From Smithellaceae bacterium (GTDB taxonomy: Bacteria > Desulfobacterota > Syntrophia > Syntrophales > Smithellaceae): a DNA stretch of 64,000 nucleotides. The stretch covers positions 896,001 through 960,000 of the forward strand of contig CAXXVL010000002.1 of the NCBI GenBank assembly GCA_963667845.2. The letters run 5' to 3'. Made by a program: the position numbers and the translations under genes. Below the pieces are notes generated by a model. That model did not search any database and was not told the origin of the DNA. It saw nothing but the letters and a program-made list of their open reading frames with translations. This document shows positions 51,810 to 63,331 of this stretch, in pieces; positions within the stretch are counted from its first letter, which is position 1; every line of letters starts with the position of its first letter.

Positions 51810-52150
51810 ATTCCGCCGCAGCCATGCCGGCCAGATAAGACGGCAAGATCGACTTTTCGTTTTTAGCTCGAGTTTCGTTCTTACACGATATCGGTCGATA
51901 TCGATAACACTACTTATCACATTAAGAATCTCATGTGCTGATGTCGGATCCGGCAACTACCGCTTGTCCATAACGCTGTTGCAGAGTTCGACTGCCGAAA
52001 TATTGATTATTAAAGACGAAAGTTTGAATCAAATCGGTGTGCTGAACTTGTGCAAGACCAGCCATTCGATTTCAGCGAGGGATCTATTACTAGTTTCTGT
52101 TCTGAGCAAATGAAGCCCGCTCGTCGAGGATCTATTGCAGCATAATTCCT

Positions 52151-52179
52151 TTGACACGTGAGACCATTATTCGTATACT
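52151..52179 (+). promoter_or_regulatory. Sigma70 promoter of carB
   Basis: TTGACA, 17 nt, TATACT. Confidence 0.8.
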
Positions 52180-52255
52180 CCCGCGACATATTCGTTCTTT
52201 CTGATCTACAATAATGTGTTCAAAATAAATCCACAGTGAAACTGAGAGGTTAAGT

Positions 52256-55200
52256 ATGGGAAAACGTGATGACATTAAGAAAGTGCTCATAATCGGTTCT
52301 GGTCCGATCGTGATCGGCCAGGCCTGTGAATTTGACTATTCGGGAACGCAGGCTTGCAAGGCGTTGCGGAAGCTTGGCTACCAAATTGTCCTGGTGAATT
52401 CCAACCCCGCCACCATCATGACCGATCCGGGAATGGCCGATGTCACCTATATCGAACCCCTCAATGCTCAGACGATAACTGAAATCATCGAAAATGAAAA
52501 GCCCGATGCCATTCTGCCCAATCTCGGTGGTCAGACAGGTTTGAACCTGACGTCGGAATTATACAAACTGGGTGTCTTGCAGAAACATAATGTAAAGGTC
52601 ATCGGTGTTCAGGTTGACGCGATCGAACGAGGCGAAGACCGGATCGCTTTTAAAGAAGCCATGCAAAAACTCGGCATCGATATGCCCAAGAGTGAACCGG
52701 CTGTCACCGTAGAAGAAGCGGAAAAGATCGCAGCCCAGCTCGGTTATCCGGTGGTCATTCGTCCGGCCTACACGATGGGGGGCACGGGCGGCGGCATTGT
52801 GTATAATCTGGAAGAGCTGCGCGTCATTGCCAGCCGCGGCATCTCCGCAAGCCTTATCGGTCAGATCCTCATTGAAGAATCAGTCATCGGCTGGGAAGAG
52901 CTCGAACTGGAAGTTGTCCGCGACGCCAAGAACCAGATGATCACGGTCTGCTTCATCGAAAATGTTGATGCCATGGGCGTGCACACAGGTGATTCCTATT
53001 GTACTGCGCCGATGCTGACCATTTCCAAGGAACTGCAAGAGCGCCTGCAGAAATATTCTTACGACATCGTCGAAGCCATTCAGGTGATCGGTGGAACCAA
53101 TGTCCAATTTGCCCATGATCCGAAGACCGACCGCGTCGTCGTGATCGAAATCAATCCGCGCACGTCGCGTTCATCGGCGCTAGCTTCCAAGGCCACCGGT
53201 TTTCCCATTGCCCTCATCTCATCAACGCTGGCTTCGGGCATCACCATGAACGAAATTCCTTATTGGCGAGACGGATCGCTCGAAAAGTACACACCCTCCG
53301 GCGATTACGTGGTTGTGAAATTCTCCCGCTGGGATTTTGAAAAATTCCCCGGCGCAGTCGATAAGCTGGGCACGCAGATGCGCGCCGTCGGCGAAGTCAT
53401 GAGCATTGGCAAGAATTACAAGGAAGCCTTCCAGAAATCGATCCGGTCCCTGGAGAAGAAGCGCTATGGCCTGGGCTTTGTGAAAGATTTTAACTCGAAA
53501 TCACTGGATGAACTCATGGAGCTGCTCAGCGAACCATCGAGCGAAAGACAATTCATCATGTATGAAGCCCTGCGGAAGGGCGCAACGGTGGACGACCTGC
53601 ACGCGAAAACCTTCATCAAGAAATGGTTTATTGAGCAGATGAAGGAACTGGTGCAGCTCGAAGAAAAAGTTCTTACGTACAAGGGAAAAAAACTGCCGGA
53701 CGACCTGCTCATCCGCGCCAAGAAAGATGGCTTCTCCGATCGTTACCTTGCCCAGATTCTGAATAAGAAGGAAGAAGACATCCGCAAACAGCGACTGGCC
53801 GCCGGGCTTTGTGAGGCCTGGGATGCCGTGCCGGTAAGCGGTGTCGAAAACGCTGCCTATTATTATTCTACCTACAACGCACCCGACAAAGTCAGTACGA
53901 CCAAAAACCGCAAGATTATGGTGTTGGGCGGCGGGCCGAACCGCATCGGCCAGGGGATCGAATTTGACTACTGCTGCGTACATGCCGCGTTTGCCCTCCG
54001 CGATGAAGGCATCGAGTCGATTATGGTCAATTGCAACCCGGAAACGGTTTCCACGGATTACGATACATCCAATAAACTGTACTTCGAACCGCTGACCGTG
54101 GAAGACGTCTTGAGCATCTATGAAAAAGAAAAACCGGAAGGTGTGATCGTCCAATTCGGCGGGCAGACCCCGCTCAACATCGCGGCGGATCTGGCGAAAG
54201 CAGGCGTTAAAATTATCGGCACTTCAACAGAAACCATCGATCTGGCTGAAGACCGCGACCGTTTCCGCAAGATGATGGATAAGCTCGGCATTCCCATGCC
54301 CAAGTCCGGTATGGCGAGCAATATGGAGCAGGCGCTCAAAATCGCGGCCGGCATCGGCTATCCGCTGATGGTGCGGCCATCTTACGTGCTGGGTGGGCGG
54401 GGTATGGAAGTCGTCCACGATGAAGAGATGCTCAGGCGCTATGTCAATGCGGCAGTCGACGTGACGCCGGAGCGACCGATCCTGATCGACAAATTTCTGG
54501 AAAACGCCATTGAAGCCGAGGCCGATGCCATTTCCGACGGCACGGATGCTTTTGTCCCGGCCGTGATGGAACACATCGAACTGGCCGGCGTCCATTCCGG
54601 CGATTCCGCCTGCGTGATTCCGCCCATCAGCATCTCGGCGCGTCACATCGATACCATCAATGAATACACGAAAAAAATTGCCGTGGAATTCGGCGTTGTC
54701 GGCTTGATGAATATCCAATACGCCATCGCCAATAATGTCGTCTACATCCTGGAAGCCAATCCCCGCGCCTCACGCACGGTGCCGCTTGTTTCCAAGGTCT
54801 GCAATATCTCCATGGCCAGACTCGCGACGCAGGTGATGCTGGGAAAGAAGCTCAAGGATCTGAATCTGAAACACGGCAGCTTCCGCCACTTTGGCGTCAA
54901 AGAAGCCGTATTCCCCTTCAATATGTATCAGGAAGTCGATCCGATTCTGGGCCCGGAAATGCGGTCCACGGGTGAGGTCCTGGGGCTTGCCGATTCTTTC
55001 GGTTTGGCCTATTACAAGGCTCAGGAAGCCACCGGTCAGAGCCTGCCCGCGGAGGGCACGGTGCTCATCACGGTCGAAGAAAAGGATAAAGATGGTATTC
55101 TGGAAGTCGCCCGTGCTTTCGCCAAAATCGGGTTTAAGATCAAAGCATCGAACGGCACCTATAAATTCTTTGCCGATCACGGAATTCCGTCGGAAAGGAT

Positions 55201-55456
55201 TTTAAAGATGCATGAAGGCCGTCCCAACATCGTCGATGCCATCAAAAACGGCGAGATCCAGCTGGTGATCAATACGCCGGCGGGGCGCCTCAGCAAGTAT
55301 GATGATTCCTACATCCGCAAGGCGGCCATCAAATACAAGATTCCCTATATCACGACCGTCGCCGCCGCAGTTGCCGCCGTTAAAGGAATTGCCGCCTTCC
55401 GCCAGGGCCACGGCCGCGCGAAATCGCTGCAGAGCTACCACGCGGAGATTAAGTAG
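52256..55456 (+). CDS. carB: Carbamoyl-phosphate synthase large subunit
   Basis: IGSGPIVIGQACEFDYSG, NSNPATIMTD, duplicated ATP-grasp halves, GPNRIGQGIEFDY, C-terminal MGS domain. Confidence 0.98.
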   Translation: MGKRDDIKKVLIIGSGPIVIGQACEFDYSGTQACKALRKLGYQIVLVNSNPATIMTDPGMADVTYIEPLNAQTITEIIENEKPDAILPNLGGQTGLNLTSELYKLGVLQKHNVKVIGVQVDAIERGEDRIAFKEAMQKLGIDMPKSEPAVTVEEAEKIAAQLGYPVVIRPAYTMGGTGGGIVYNLEELRVIASRGISASLIGQILIEESVIGWEELELEVVRDAKNQMITVCFIENVDAMGVHTGDSYCTAPMLTISKELQERLQKYSYDIVEAIQVIGGTNVQFAHDPKTDRVVVIEINPRTSRSSALASKATGFPIALISSTLASGITMNEIPYWRDGSLEKYTPSGDYVVVKFSRWDFEKFPGAVDKLGTQMRAVGEVMSIGKNYKEAFQKSIRSLEKKRYGLGFVKDFNSKSLDELMELLSEPSSERQFIMYEALRKGATVDDLHAKTFIKKWFIEQMKELVQLEEKVLTYKGKKLPDDLLIRAKKDGFSDRYLAQILNKKEEDIRKQRLAAGLCEAWDAVPVSGVENAAYYYSTYNAPDKVSTTKNRKIMVLGGGPNRIGQGIEFDYCCVHAAFALRDEGIESIMVNCNPETVSTDYDTSNKLYFEPLTVEDVLSIYEKEKPEGVIVQFGGQTPLNIAADLAKAGVKIIGTSTETIDLAEDRDRFRKMMDKLGIPMPKSGMASNMEQALKIAAGIGYPLMVRPSYVLGGRGMEVVHDEEMLRRYVNAAVDVTPERPILIDKFLENAIEAEADAISDGTDAFVPAVMEHIELAGVHSGDSACVIPPISISARHIDTINEYTKKIAVEFGVVGLMNIQYAIANNVVYILEANPRASRTVPLVSKVCNISMARLATQVMLGKKLKDLNLKHGSFRHFGVKEAVFPFNMYQEVDPILGPEMRSTGEVLGLADSFGLAYYKAQEATGQSLPAEGTVLITVEEKDKDGILEVARAFAKIGFKIKASNGTYKFFADHGIPSERILKMHEGRPNIVDAIKNGEIQLVINTPAGRLSKYDDSYIRKAAIKYKIPYITTVAAAVAAVKGIAAFRQGHGRAKSLQSYHAEIK

Positions 55457-55548
55457 AGACCAGGTTCAAGGAACAAGGTAAAAGGAACAAGGTTAAAAAT
55501 TTCTAGGGAACGGTTCTTGACCACTCAAGACGGCAAGACAGCTCCCTT

Positions 55549-55875
55549 TTATTTTTCCAGAAATTCTAATTCCTGCAGAATGTCTCTGACGCGTTCAACC
55601 TGATCGGCTTGAACCAGCAGGCGGGCGTAAGACCCGCCTCCAACCATTAAATTGGTGTTCTCACCCTGAAAATAATAGTGGATGCCTTCACCGTCGAGAA
55701 TGGATTTGATCACGGCAATATCGCCGGGGTTATATGTCGAGAAAACTTCTACCATCTCGACGTAACGGACATCATCTTCAGTATCCGGCGGTTGGCCTGC
55801 AATTAAATCTATCCCGCAATCGGCGCAACGCGTAAATCCTTCTCGGTATTCAGCTCCGCATTGTGGACAAAACAT
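55549..55875 (-). CDS. Zinc-ribbon + DUF2007-like small protein
   Basis: MFCPQCGAEYREGFTRCADC; IAVIKSILDGEGIHY. Confidence 0.8.
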   Translation of the reverse strand: MFCPQCGAEYREGFTRCADCGIDLIAGQPPDTEDDVRYVEMVEVFSTYNPGDIAVIKSILDGEGIHYYFQGENTNLMVGGGSYARLLVQADQVERVRDILQELEFLEK

Positions 55876-55886
55876 TTGCGTCCTTT

Positions 55887-57410
55887 TCAGTCCTTGTAAC
55901 CGGGCGGTGGTGTGAATCCGCCCAGAACTTTTTCCATTCTTATCGCCAGGTCGAGTGGCGTGCCGTCTTCCATGTATGGTCCCATAATCTGGACGCCTAC
56001 CGGCAAATTTGTTTTCGTCTGTCCAACAGGAATAACTGTAACCGGACAACCGGCAAGTGTGGCAATAGATATCCATTTAAAAGTCTCCGCATAATATCTC
56101 GGGCCATCCGGCGCTTCGATGATGCGTCCCCACATATTGCTGTCATGACTGTGAGGAAAGGCCGCCACACAATTGGCCGGCATAATAAAGGCATCGTACT
56201 GCTTAAAATATTCCTGCCACGCCAGCCTGCCAGCGAGGCGCGCTATGCTCAGGAAAGACCAATTTTTATGGGATAATGTCAGCCCCTCCACGTAACTCTT
56301 CTCATAAGCTCCATAAGGCGTGTCGAAGAAGGTCTTCAGCCTGTTAATAACCGCCTCAGTAAAAATTGGCGATGCCGAAAAGGATGCAGCCAGTAACTGG
56401 AAATAGATGTCAAATATTTCATCCGGTTTGATTCCTGCAGGCCATCCCTCTTTTACTTTCACGCCTTCTTTGCGCAGGGTCTCCACTGTACTGGATATAA
56501 TGGCAGTAATTTCAGGACTGACCGGGCAGAAAGGGTCATCGGTTACATAACCGATCTTGTAATCTTTGAGTTTTACCTTACGGGCTTTGGGCAGAGCCCA
56601 GCGGTAAGCAATAGCTTCATCAGGAGCCGGTCCGGCAATAATCTCCAGCGCCAGTTTTAAATCCTGTGCGCTGCGCGAAAGAGGTCCGACCACAGCGAGA
56701 TCATTCAGTCCGATCCGGTTCATGGATGGCGGAATCAAACTCGGCAGAGGGGGTATCATCCCCTGAATGGGCACGATATTAAGGGACGGCTTATGTCCGT
56801 ATACACCACAGAAATTACTGGGCGTGCGGATCGATCCGGCCAGATCCGCCCCCAGTTCGAGAAAGCCGAATCCCGTAGCCAGCGCAGCGGCTCCTCCTCC
56901 GGTCGATCCTCCCGAGGTTTTAGTTACATCCCAGGGGTTATTGGTCGTTCCGGCAACTTTGTTGTAAGTTTGGATATCACCGCCGCCGACCGGCAAATTT
57001 GTTTTACCGACAATGATGGCGCCGGCATGGAGCAGCCTATCGACCGTTACGGCATTTTCTTTGGGTATGTAATCGGCAAGTTCTGTAAAGCCGCAGGTTG
57101 TCCTCAATCCTGTTGTCAGGAATTGATCTTTGATGAGAATCGGCAGGCCGTGAAGCGGTCCCCAGGTTTTTCCGGAAGCCAGGTCGCTGTCCGCCTTGCG
57201 GGCTCGCTTCAGTGCCTGTTCTTCATTGAGCGTCACAAAGGCGTTAATTTTTCCATTGTGTTTTTTAATGCGGCCGAAGACGTGCTTTGTCAGTTCCCTC
57301 GACGAGATGACGCCGGCTTTGATGGCTTTGACGGCCTCAATGGCCGTGCCGAAATCAGGATCAAACTTGCTGCGGGGTGATGCTTTGGAAGAAGAAATCT
57401 TGCTTTTCAT
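55887..57410 (-). CDS. Amidase-signature-family amidase
   Basis: GPLHGLPILIKD, GKTN, TNNPWD, GGSTGG, GADLAGSIR, LPVGVQ. Confidence 0.93.
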   Translation of the reverse strand: MKSKISSSKASPRSKFDPDFGTAIEAVKAIKAGVISSRELTKHVFGRIKKHNGKINAFVTLNEEQALKRARKADSDLASGKTWGPLHGLPILIKDQFLTTGLRTTCGFTELADYIPKENAVTVDRLLHAGAIIVGKTNLPVGGGDIQTYNKVAGTTNNPWDVTKTSGGSTGGGAAALATGFGFLELGADLAGSIRTPSNFCGVYGHKPSLNIVPIQGMIPPLPSLIPPSMNRIGLNDLAVVGPLSRSAQDLKLALEIIAGPAPDEAIAYRWALPKARKVKLKDYKIGYVTDDPFCPVSPEITAIISSTVETLRKEGVKVKEGWPAGIKPDEIFDIYFQLLAASFSASPIFTEAVINRLKTFFDTPYGAYEKSYVEGLTLSHKNWSFLSIARLAGRLAWQEYFKQYDAFIMPANCVAAFPHSHDSNMWGRIIEAPDGPRYYAETFKWISIATLAGCPVTVIPVGQTKTNLPVGVQIMGPYMEDGTPLDLAIRMEKVLGGFTPPPGYKD

Positions 57411-57815
57411 TCAAAACTCCTCTCAATGGAATGTGTTGGATTATGACATTATTTAGACAACATTTCTACTGAATTTATTATTTGCGACATTGCGTCCTTC
57501 CCGCGAATAACATAATGACCTGAAGGTCACGCGTTACCTGAAGGCCACCGCCTGAAGATGGCACTGCGCGAGGTTACGAGTGCGGGAAATCAGAATTATT
57601 TTAACTGGACCCCGCCTGCGCTATAGTGATAGCGGTCATTGCAACGTGACAAATGTTGTTAGCATTTTGGGGACTGTTAGTAACATCCCCGCCCTTGGCG
57701 ACGGAGATAAACCGAAGGATAGCACAGTGAGGGGAAGGAGAATAAAAGATAAAAGTTTTTGAAAAACATTTATCTGTGCTATACAAGGGCCAACTTAAAG
57801 AATTAGGAATAAATC

Positions 57816-58121
57816 ATGGAACCACTTAAAGGCTTTCAACGAAAGTATCTGCGCGGAGAGGCGCATCATTTAAAACCCCTCGTCATCATCGGCGCCAAAG
57901 GTGTCACCGAGCAACTGCTCGGCTCGGTCGATCACGCTCTGAAAGACCACGAACTCATCAAGGTAAAATTCTACGAATTCAAGGATGCCAAAAAGGAAAT
58001 TTCGGCCCAAATTGCCACCGCTACAAAAAGCGAACTCGTCGGCCTCATCGGCAACATCGCCATTTTCTACCGTCCCTGTCCACAGACGGAAAAAAGAAAG
58101 ATTAAGTTACCCAAGATTTAG
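57816..58121 (+). CDS. yhbY: YhbY/CRM-domain RNA-binding protein
   Basis: QRKYLRGEAHHLKP, IGAKG, HELIKVK, IGNIAIFYR. Confidence 0.92.
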   Translation: MEPLKGFQRKYLRGEAHHLKPLVIIGAKGVTEQLLGSVDHALKDHELIKVKFYEFKDAKKEISAQIATATKSELVGLIGNIAIFYRPCPQTEKRKIKLPKI

Positions 58122-58182
58122 TCCTTGCGTCGAGGTCATTAAGCCAAACGCTGCTGCAATCTCTTAAAAGCCTACAGCCTAT

Positions 58183-59868
<1,686 letters not shown>

Positions 59869-59900
59869 GTAACGTTGATCCTTTCGGCAATACGCTGACC

Positions 59901-60566
59901 CTAAATATAGGGGAATATATTTTGAATAATGATGTTAAAATTGTCCTGAATCTTGTCGTGATCTTCGATGATGCCCATGTGGCCCGGGAAAAGGACTTCG
60001 AGTTCCAGATCGGACAGCGTGACGATGCTCTTTTTCAATAAAGAGCCGTTGCCGCCGGGGAAATCCGTCCGTCCGACATTTTGCTGAAACACGACATCGC
60101 CGCAGAAGAGAGCCTTCTTGGAAGGCCAGTAAAGTCCGATGGAGCCGGGCGTATGTCCCGGGATCGAGATGACCTTAAAGATCTGGTCGCCCAGCTCGAG
60201 TTTGCCGTCCTCCAGTTGCATGTTGATCTGCATTTGCGGAACCGTGATGCCGAAAAGCCCGTAAAGCTCTCCTCCGACGCCTTTGAGAAAGTCCATTTCT
60301 TTGCGGTGCAGGGCGATCTTCACTTTTTCCTGATCAAACAGTTCCGAACCCTGAAAGTGATCGGGATGAGAATGTGTGTTGATCACATACTTGATGTCCT
60401 TCTTCTTGATGCCGTCATTGGCCATCTGATTGAGCAAATCGGGAAGGTAGCGCGTCAAGCCGGGGTCGATGAGCGCTTGAACGCCGCCGCCGATATAGTA
60501 GCTGTTGCAGTTGTTATCAAAATAATTTGCCCATTCATAAACATAAATATCATCCTGGTACTTCAT
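59901..60566 (-). CDS. Metallo-beta-lactamase-fold hydrolase (glyoxalase II-like)
   Basis: THSHPDH, PGHTPGS, GDVVF..GRTDFPGG, PGH. Confidence 0.92.
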   Translation of the reverse strand: MKYQDDIYVYEWANYFDNNCNSYYIGGGVQALIDPGLTRYLPDLLNQMANDGIKKKDIKYVINTHSHPDHFQGSELFDQEKVKIALHRKEMDFLKGVGGELYGLFGITVPQMQINMQLEDGKLELGDQIFKVISIPGHTPGSIGLYWPSKKALFCGDVVFQQNVGRTDFPGGNGSLLKKSIVTLSDLELEVLFPGHMGIIEDHDKIQDNFNIIIQNIFPYI

Positions 60567-60747
60567 TTCCTACCCTTTCCTATATTTCCTATATTTTATT
60601 TATTTTTTGTCAGAGGATACATCCGTTTTCCGCTCTTTGCCCATGTATCCAACTTCGCGCCACCTCATGCTCTATCCGGGTGATTTGGTGAATCTGTGTC
60701 CACATTATTTTGCCGCTTCCAGCCAAGTACCGGCACTTATTTTTGCT

Positions 60748-61554
60748 TCATCCATGGATTGTCGATCTCAACCAGTGTTGAATATCCTTTGCCGATGCAT
60801 CCCAGTCATTCTCCAGCATGGGCAGATGGGCGAACTGGTTATATTCAATATAATCAGCCTGGAGAAAAACCGCCAGACTCTGCTGCATGGAAGCCGGAGC
60901 AATTACATCTTTCTGGCAGCCGATGACCAGCTTCGGGCACTTCATCCTTGACGGATCAACCGGGAATCCCTGGGCTACCTGGTAGCCGACAAACAATGAT
61001 TCGGCAACGAACATATCAAAAACCGTCTTCCGTTCAGCGGGGGCAATGTTATTGAGAACGGTCTGCTCGGCCATCAAAAAAGTCGGTTTGACCGGCTTCA
61101 TATTTATCATCCCCCACAGAGTTTTCATGATCGTCCCGGAATAGGACAGATCGTGATTCACTTCCAGTGTGATTCCAAACGGGGGCGCGCTGGCGATGGT
61201 GACGAGCGCGCTGATCGACTCGATATTTTCAGCAGTCTTCTGGGCGATTAAGCCACCCAGACTGTGTCCGATGATAGCGCAATTCCGGATATCAAGCCGG
61301 TTGATGACTTGCTCCACATCAGCCAGATAATCTTCCAACATGACCTGTGCCAGGGCCTCTTCCCGGTCCGAGGGAAAATGACCGCGCAGGTTTATCGCAA
61401 AGACCTCCCAACCCTCGCGAGCAAAATAAGGAAGATAATTCTTCCAGTACTGACTTGTTCCACCCGCACCATGAATGAAAAGCAAAGGATAGGATTGTCT
61501 GATTTCTTTTGGCCGGATCGTATCCAGCGCCAGATTTTCAACTCTTATCTTCAA
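60748..61554 (-). CDS. Alpha/beta hydrolase
   Basis: FIHGAGG, NLRGH, GHSLGG, KD, AHLPM. Confidence 0.88.
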   Translation of the reverse strand: MKIRVENLALDTIRPKEIRQSYPLLFIHGAGGTSQYWKNYLPYFAREGWEVFAINLRGHFPSDREEALAQVMLEDYLADVEQVINRLDIRNCAIIGHSLGGLIAQKTAENIESISALVTIASAPPFGITLEVNHDLSYSGTIMKTLWGMINMKPVKPTFLMAEQTVLNNIAPAERKTVFDMFVAESLFVGYQVAQGFPVDPSRMKCPKLVIGCQKDVIAPASMQQSLAVFLQADYIEYNQFAHLPMLENDWDASAKDIQHWLRSTIHG

Positions 61555-61594
61555 TAGATAATTATTGCCTTCTTACCGGAATGGGCCGCATCGC

Positions 61595-61819
61595 TTATTC
61601 CTGTCCGGATGATCCCGCCTGAGCCTTGCGCGGGACAAAAATCCAAAGCAGAATGTAGATGACTATTCCTGTTCCGAAACAGAGAACCAGCAAGGTGAAA
61701 AGTAAACGCCATACCCATGACGGGACAGGTGTATGCTCTCCCAAACCGCCGCAAACGCCGCCGATCCAGCGGTCTGTATCGGACTTTGCGAAGTTATGCA
61801 ACCAATCGTTTTGCGTCAT
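61595..61819 (-). CDS. PspC-domain membrane protein
   Basis: DRWIGGVCGGLGE...VWRLLF...IYILLWIFVP. Confidence 0.9.
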   Translation of the reverse strand: MTQNDWLHNFAKSDTDRWIGGVCGGLGEHTPVPSWVWRLLFTLLVLCFGTGIVIYILLWIFVPRKAQAGSSGQE

Positions 61820-61873
61820 AGATTCACCTTTCCCCAAAGGTCATTTTTCAAATGCAATGATAATTGAGTGGTA

Positions 61874-61906
61874 GAGAATCACCTGACATCCCGGCAGGTG
61901 ATTCTC
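61874..61906. terminator. Perfect 12-bp hairpin immediately after the TlpA-like gene
   Basis: GAGAATCACCTG-N9-CAGGTGATTCTC. Confidence 0.5.
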
Positions 61907-61908
61907 GT

Positions 61909-62418
61909 TTATTTTTCCTGTAAAACCTTATCCAGCGGCATTTCGGAAGAACTATGGCCGACTTTTATGATATAGCCGTTTTTGTCGATCAGAATGATCA
62001 TGGGCACGCCAACCACATTATAGGTGTTGGCCACGTCGCCGTCCTCATCCAAAAGCGTTCGGTAAGGTAACGAATGGGTCTGAGCAAAGCGCGAGACTTT
62101 TTTTGCAGATTCCATAATGTTGACATAAATCACATTCAGGCCGCGCGAAGCATAAGTTTCATAAACCTTCTTGTAGACGGGAATTTCAGCGCGACATCCC
62201 GGACACCAGGTGGTGCCAAAAAAAATCAGCACCGGCTTGCCGCGCTGGGCGCTCAGACGAAATGTCTTGCCGTTCAGATCTTTCAGGGAGAAATCCGGTG
62301 CCGTCAAATTCTGAGGTTTGAACGGCGCATTGGCTATATACTGGCCCCATGCAAGGGTTGCCGGAATAAAAAAAACTAACAAAAATAAAACTATAGATAC
62401 ACTAATTTTTCTTCTCAT
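61909..62418 (-). CDS. TlpA/ResA-family thiol-disulfide oxidoreductase
   Basis: APDFSL, FGTTWCPGCRAE, YNVVGVP, IDKNG. Confidence 0.92.
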   Translation of the reverse strand: MRRKISVSIVLFLLVFFIPATLAWGQYIANAPFKPQNLTAPDFSLKDLNGKTFRLSAQRGKPVLIFFGTTWCPGCRAEIPVYKKVYETYASRGLNVIYVNIMESAKKVSRFAQTHSLPYRTLLDEDGDVANTYNVVGVPMIILIDKNGYIIKVGHSSSEMPLDKVLQEK

Positions 62419-62430
62419 GAATCCTCTGGA

Positions 62431-63141
62431 CTAAAAAGATAAAGTACCCGCAGTATATAGGAAATATTCAGCTGCGCCAATCAAAATGACGCCAAAGCCT
62501 CTTGTGACTGCCGTCATCCAAGCCCCCGATCGTGGAAGCGATGATATAAATCCGGCAAATGTGCCAACAAGGATCAAAAGCGTTCCCATGCCGAGAGCAA
62601 ATATAAACAAGAGGCCAATCCCCTGCAAAACGTTGGTTTTCAGAGCCACAAAACCGAGCAGCACTCCCAGTGCGGGCGCCGTACAGGGGCCGATGACGAA
62701 ACCGGAAGCCGCCCCCAGAATAAAACTGGAAACAAATCCTTTTTTTCCGCCGGAATATTGCAGCAGCTTTTGCGGAATCGGAATGGATATTTTGAATACA
62801 TCAAGCATGGACAACCCCATGATCAGGCAAATGTTGGCCATAATAAAATAGGTGAGCGGCGTCGTTTGTAACTGACCGAATATTCTTCCGGACAGAGCCG
62901 CCACGGCTCCCAGGGCGGCATAGGTTACCGCCAGACCCAGGACATAAAACAAGGACAGCAGAAATCCGCGCAGCTTTGATGAGGTGCCCTGTGCACCGAT
63001 GATACCGACCGTCACGGGGATCAGCGGGTAAGTGCAGGGGGTGAAACTGATCACCACTCCTCCCAGGTAGGCGGCGACAAAAGCCAGAAGAACGGAGCTG
63101 TTTAAATATATTGATAAATTATTGATGAGGTCTTGAATCAC
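62431..63141 (-). CDS. CcdA/DsbD-family transmembrane electron carrier
   Basis: SFTPCTYPLIP, GPCTAP, LPRSGAWM; multiple TM segments. Confidence 0.92.
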   Translation of the reverse strand: MIQDLINNLSIYLNSSVLLAFVAAYLGGVVISFTPCTYPLIPVTVGIIGAQGTSSKLRGFLLSLFYVLGLAVTYAALGAVAALSGRIFGQLQTTPLTYFIMANICLIMGLSMLDVFKISIPIPQKLLQYSGGKKGFVSSFILGAASGFVIGPCTAPALGVLLGFVALKTNVLQGIGLLFIFALGMGTLLILVGTFAGFISSLPRSGAWMTAVTRGFGVILIGAAEYFLYTAGTLSF

Positions 63142-63331
63142 TTGTTCTTCCCTTGCATGCTTAGTTTAGCAGAGGATAGGCAAATTACTCTGCCAGCGTC
63201 AAGAAAAATTCTTGACGCACAGGCCATAATCAAACCACAATAAAGCAAATAGTCAATGTTATATTTGAATTCCGACAGGTCTCTACCAGGTAGTTGCATT
63301 TGTGATCTTTCATTCGTACGTTACGATCACG

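Noticed and set aside
51830..52130. Possible decayed gene between queF and carB
   Set aside because: The frames are broken by stops or lack any recognisable motif, so no call can be supported.
55468..55498. Short tandem repeat AAGGAACAAGGT x2 after carB
   Set aside because: Only two units of low-complexity sequence, with no associated gene or spacer structure.
63260..63310. Purine-riboswitch-like GTCTCTACCAGG
   Set aside because: The flanking P2/P3 stems and loop-loop motifs are missing and no same-strand gene lies downstream.
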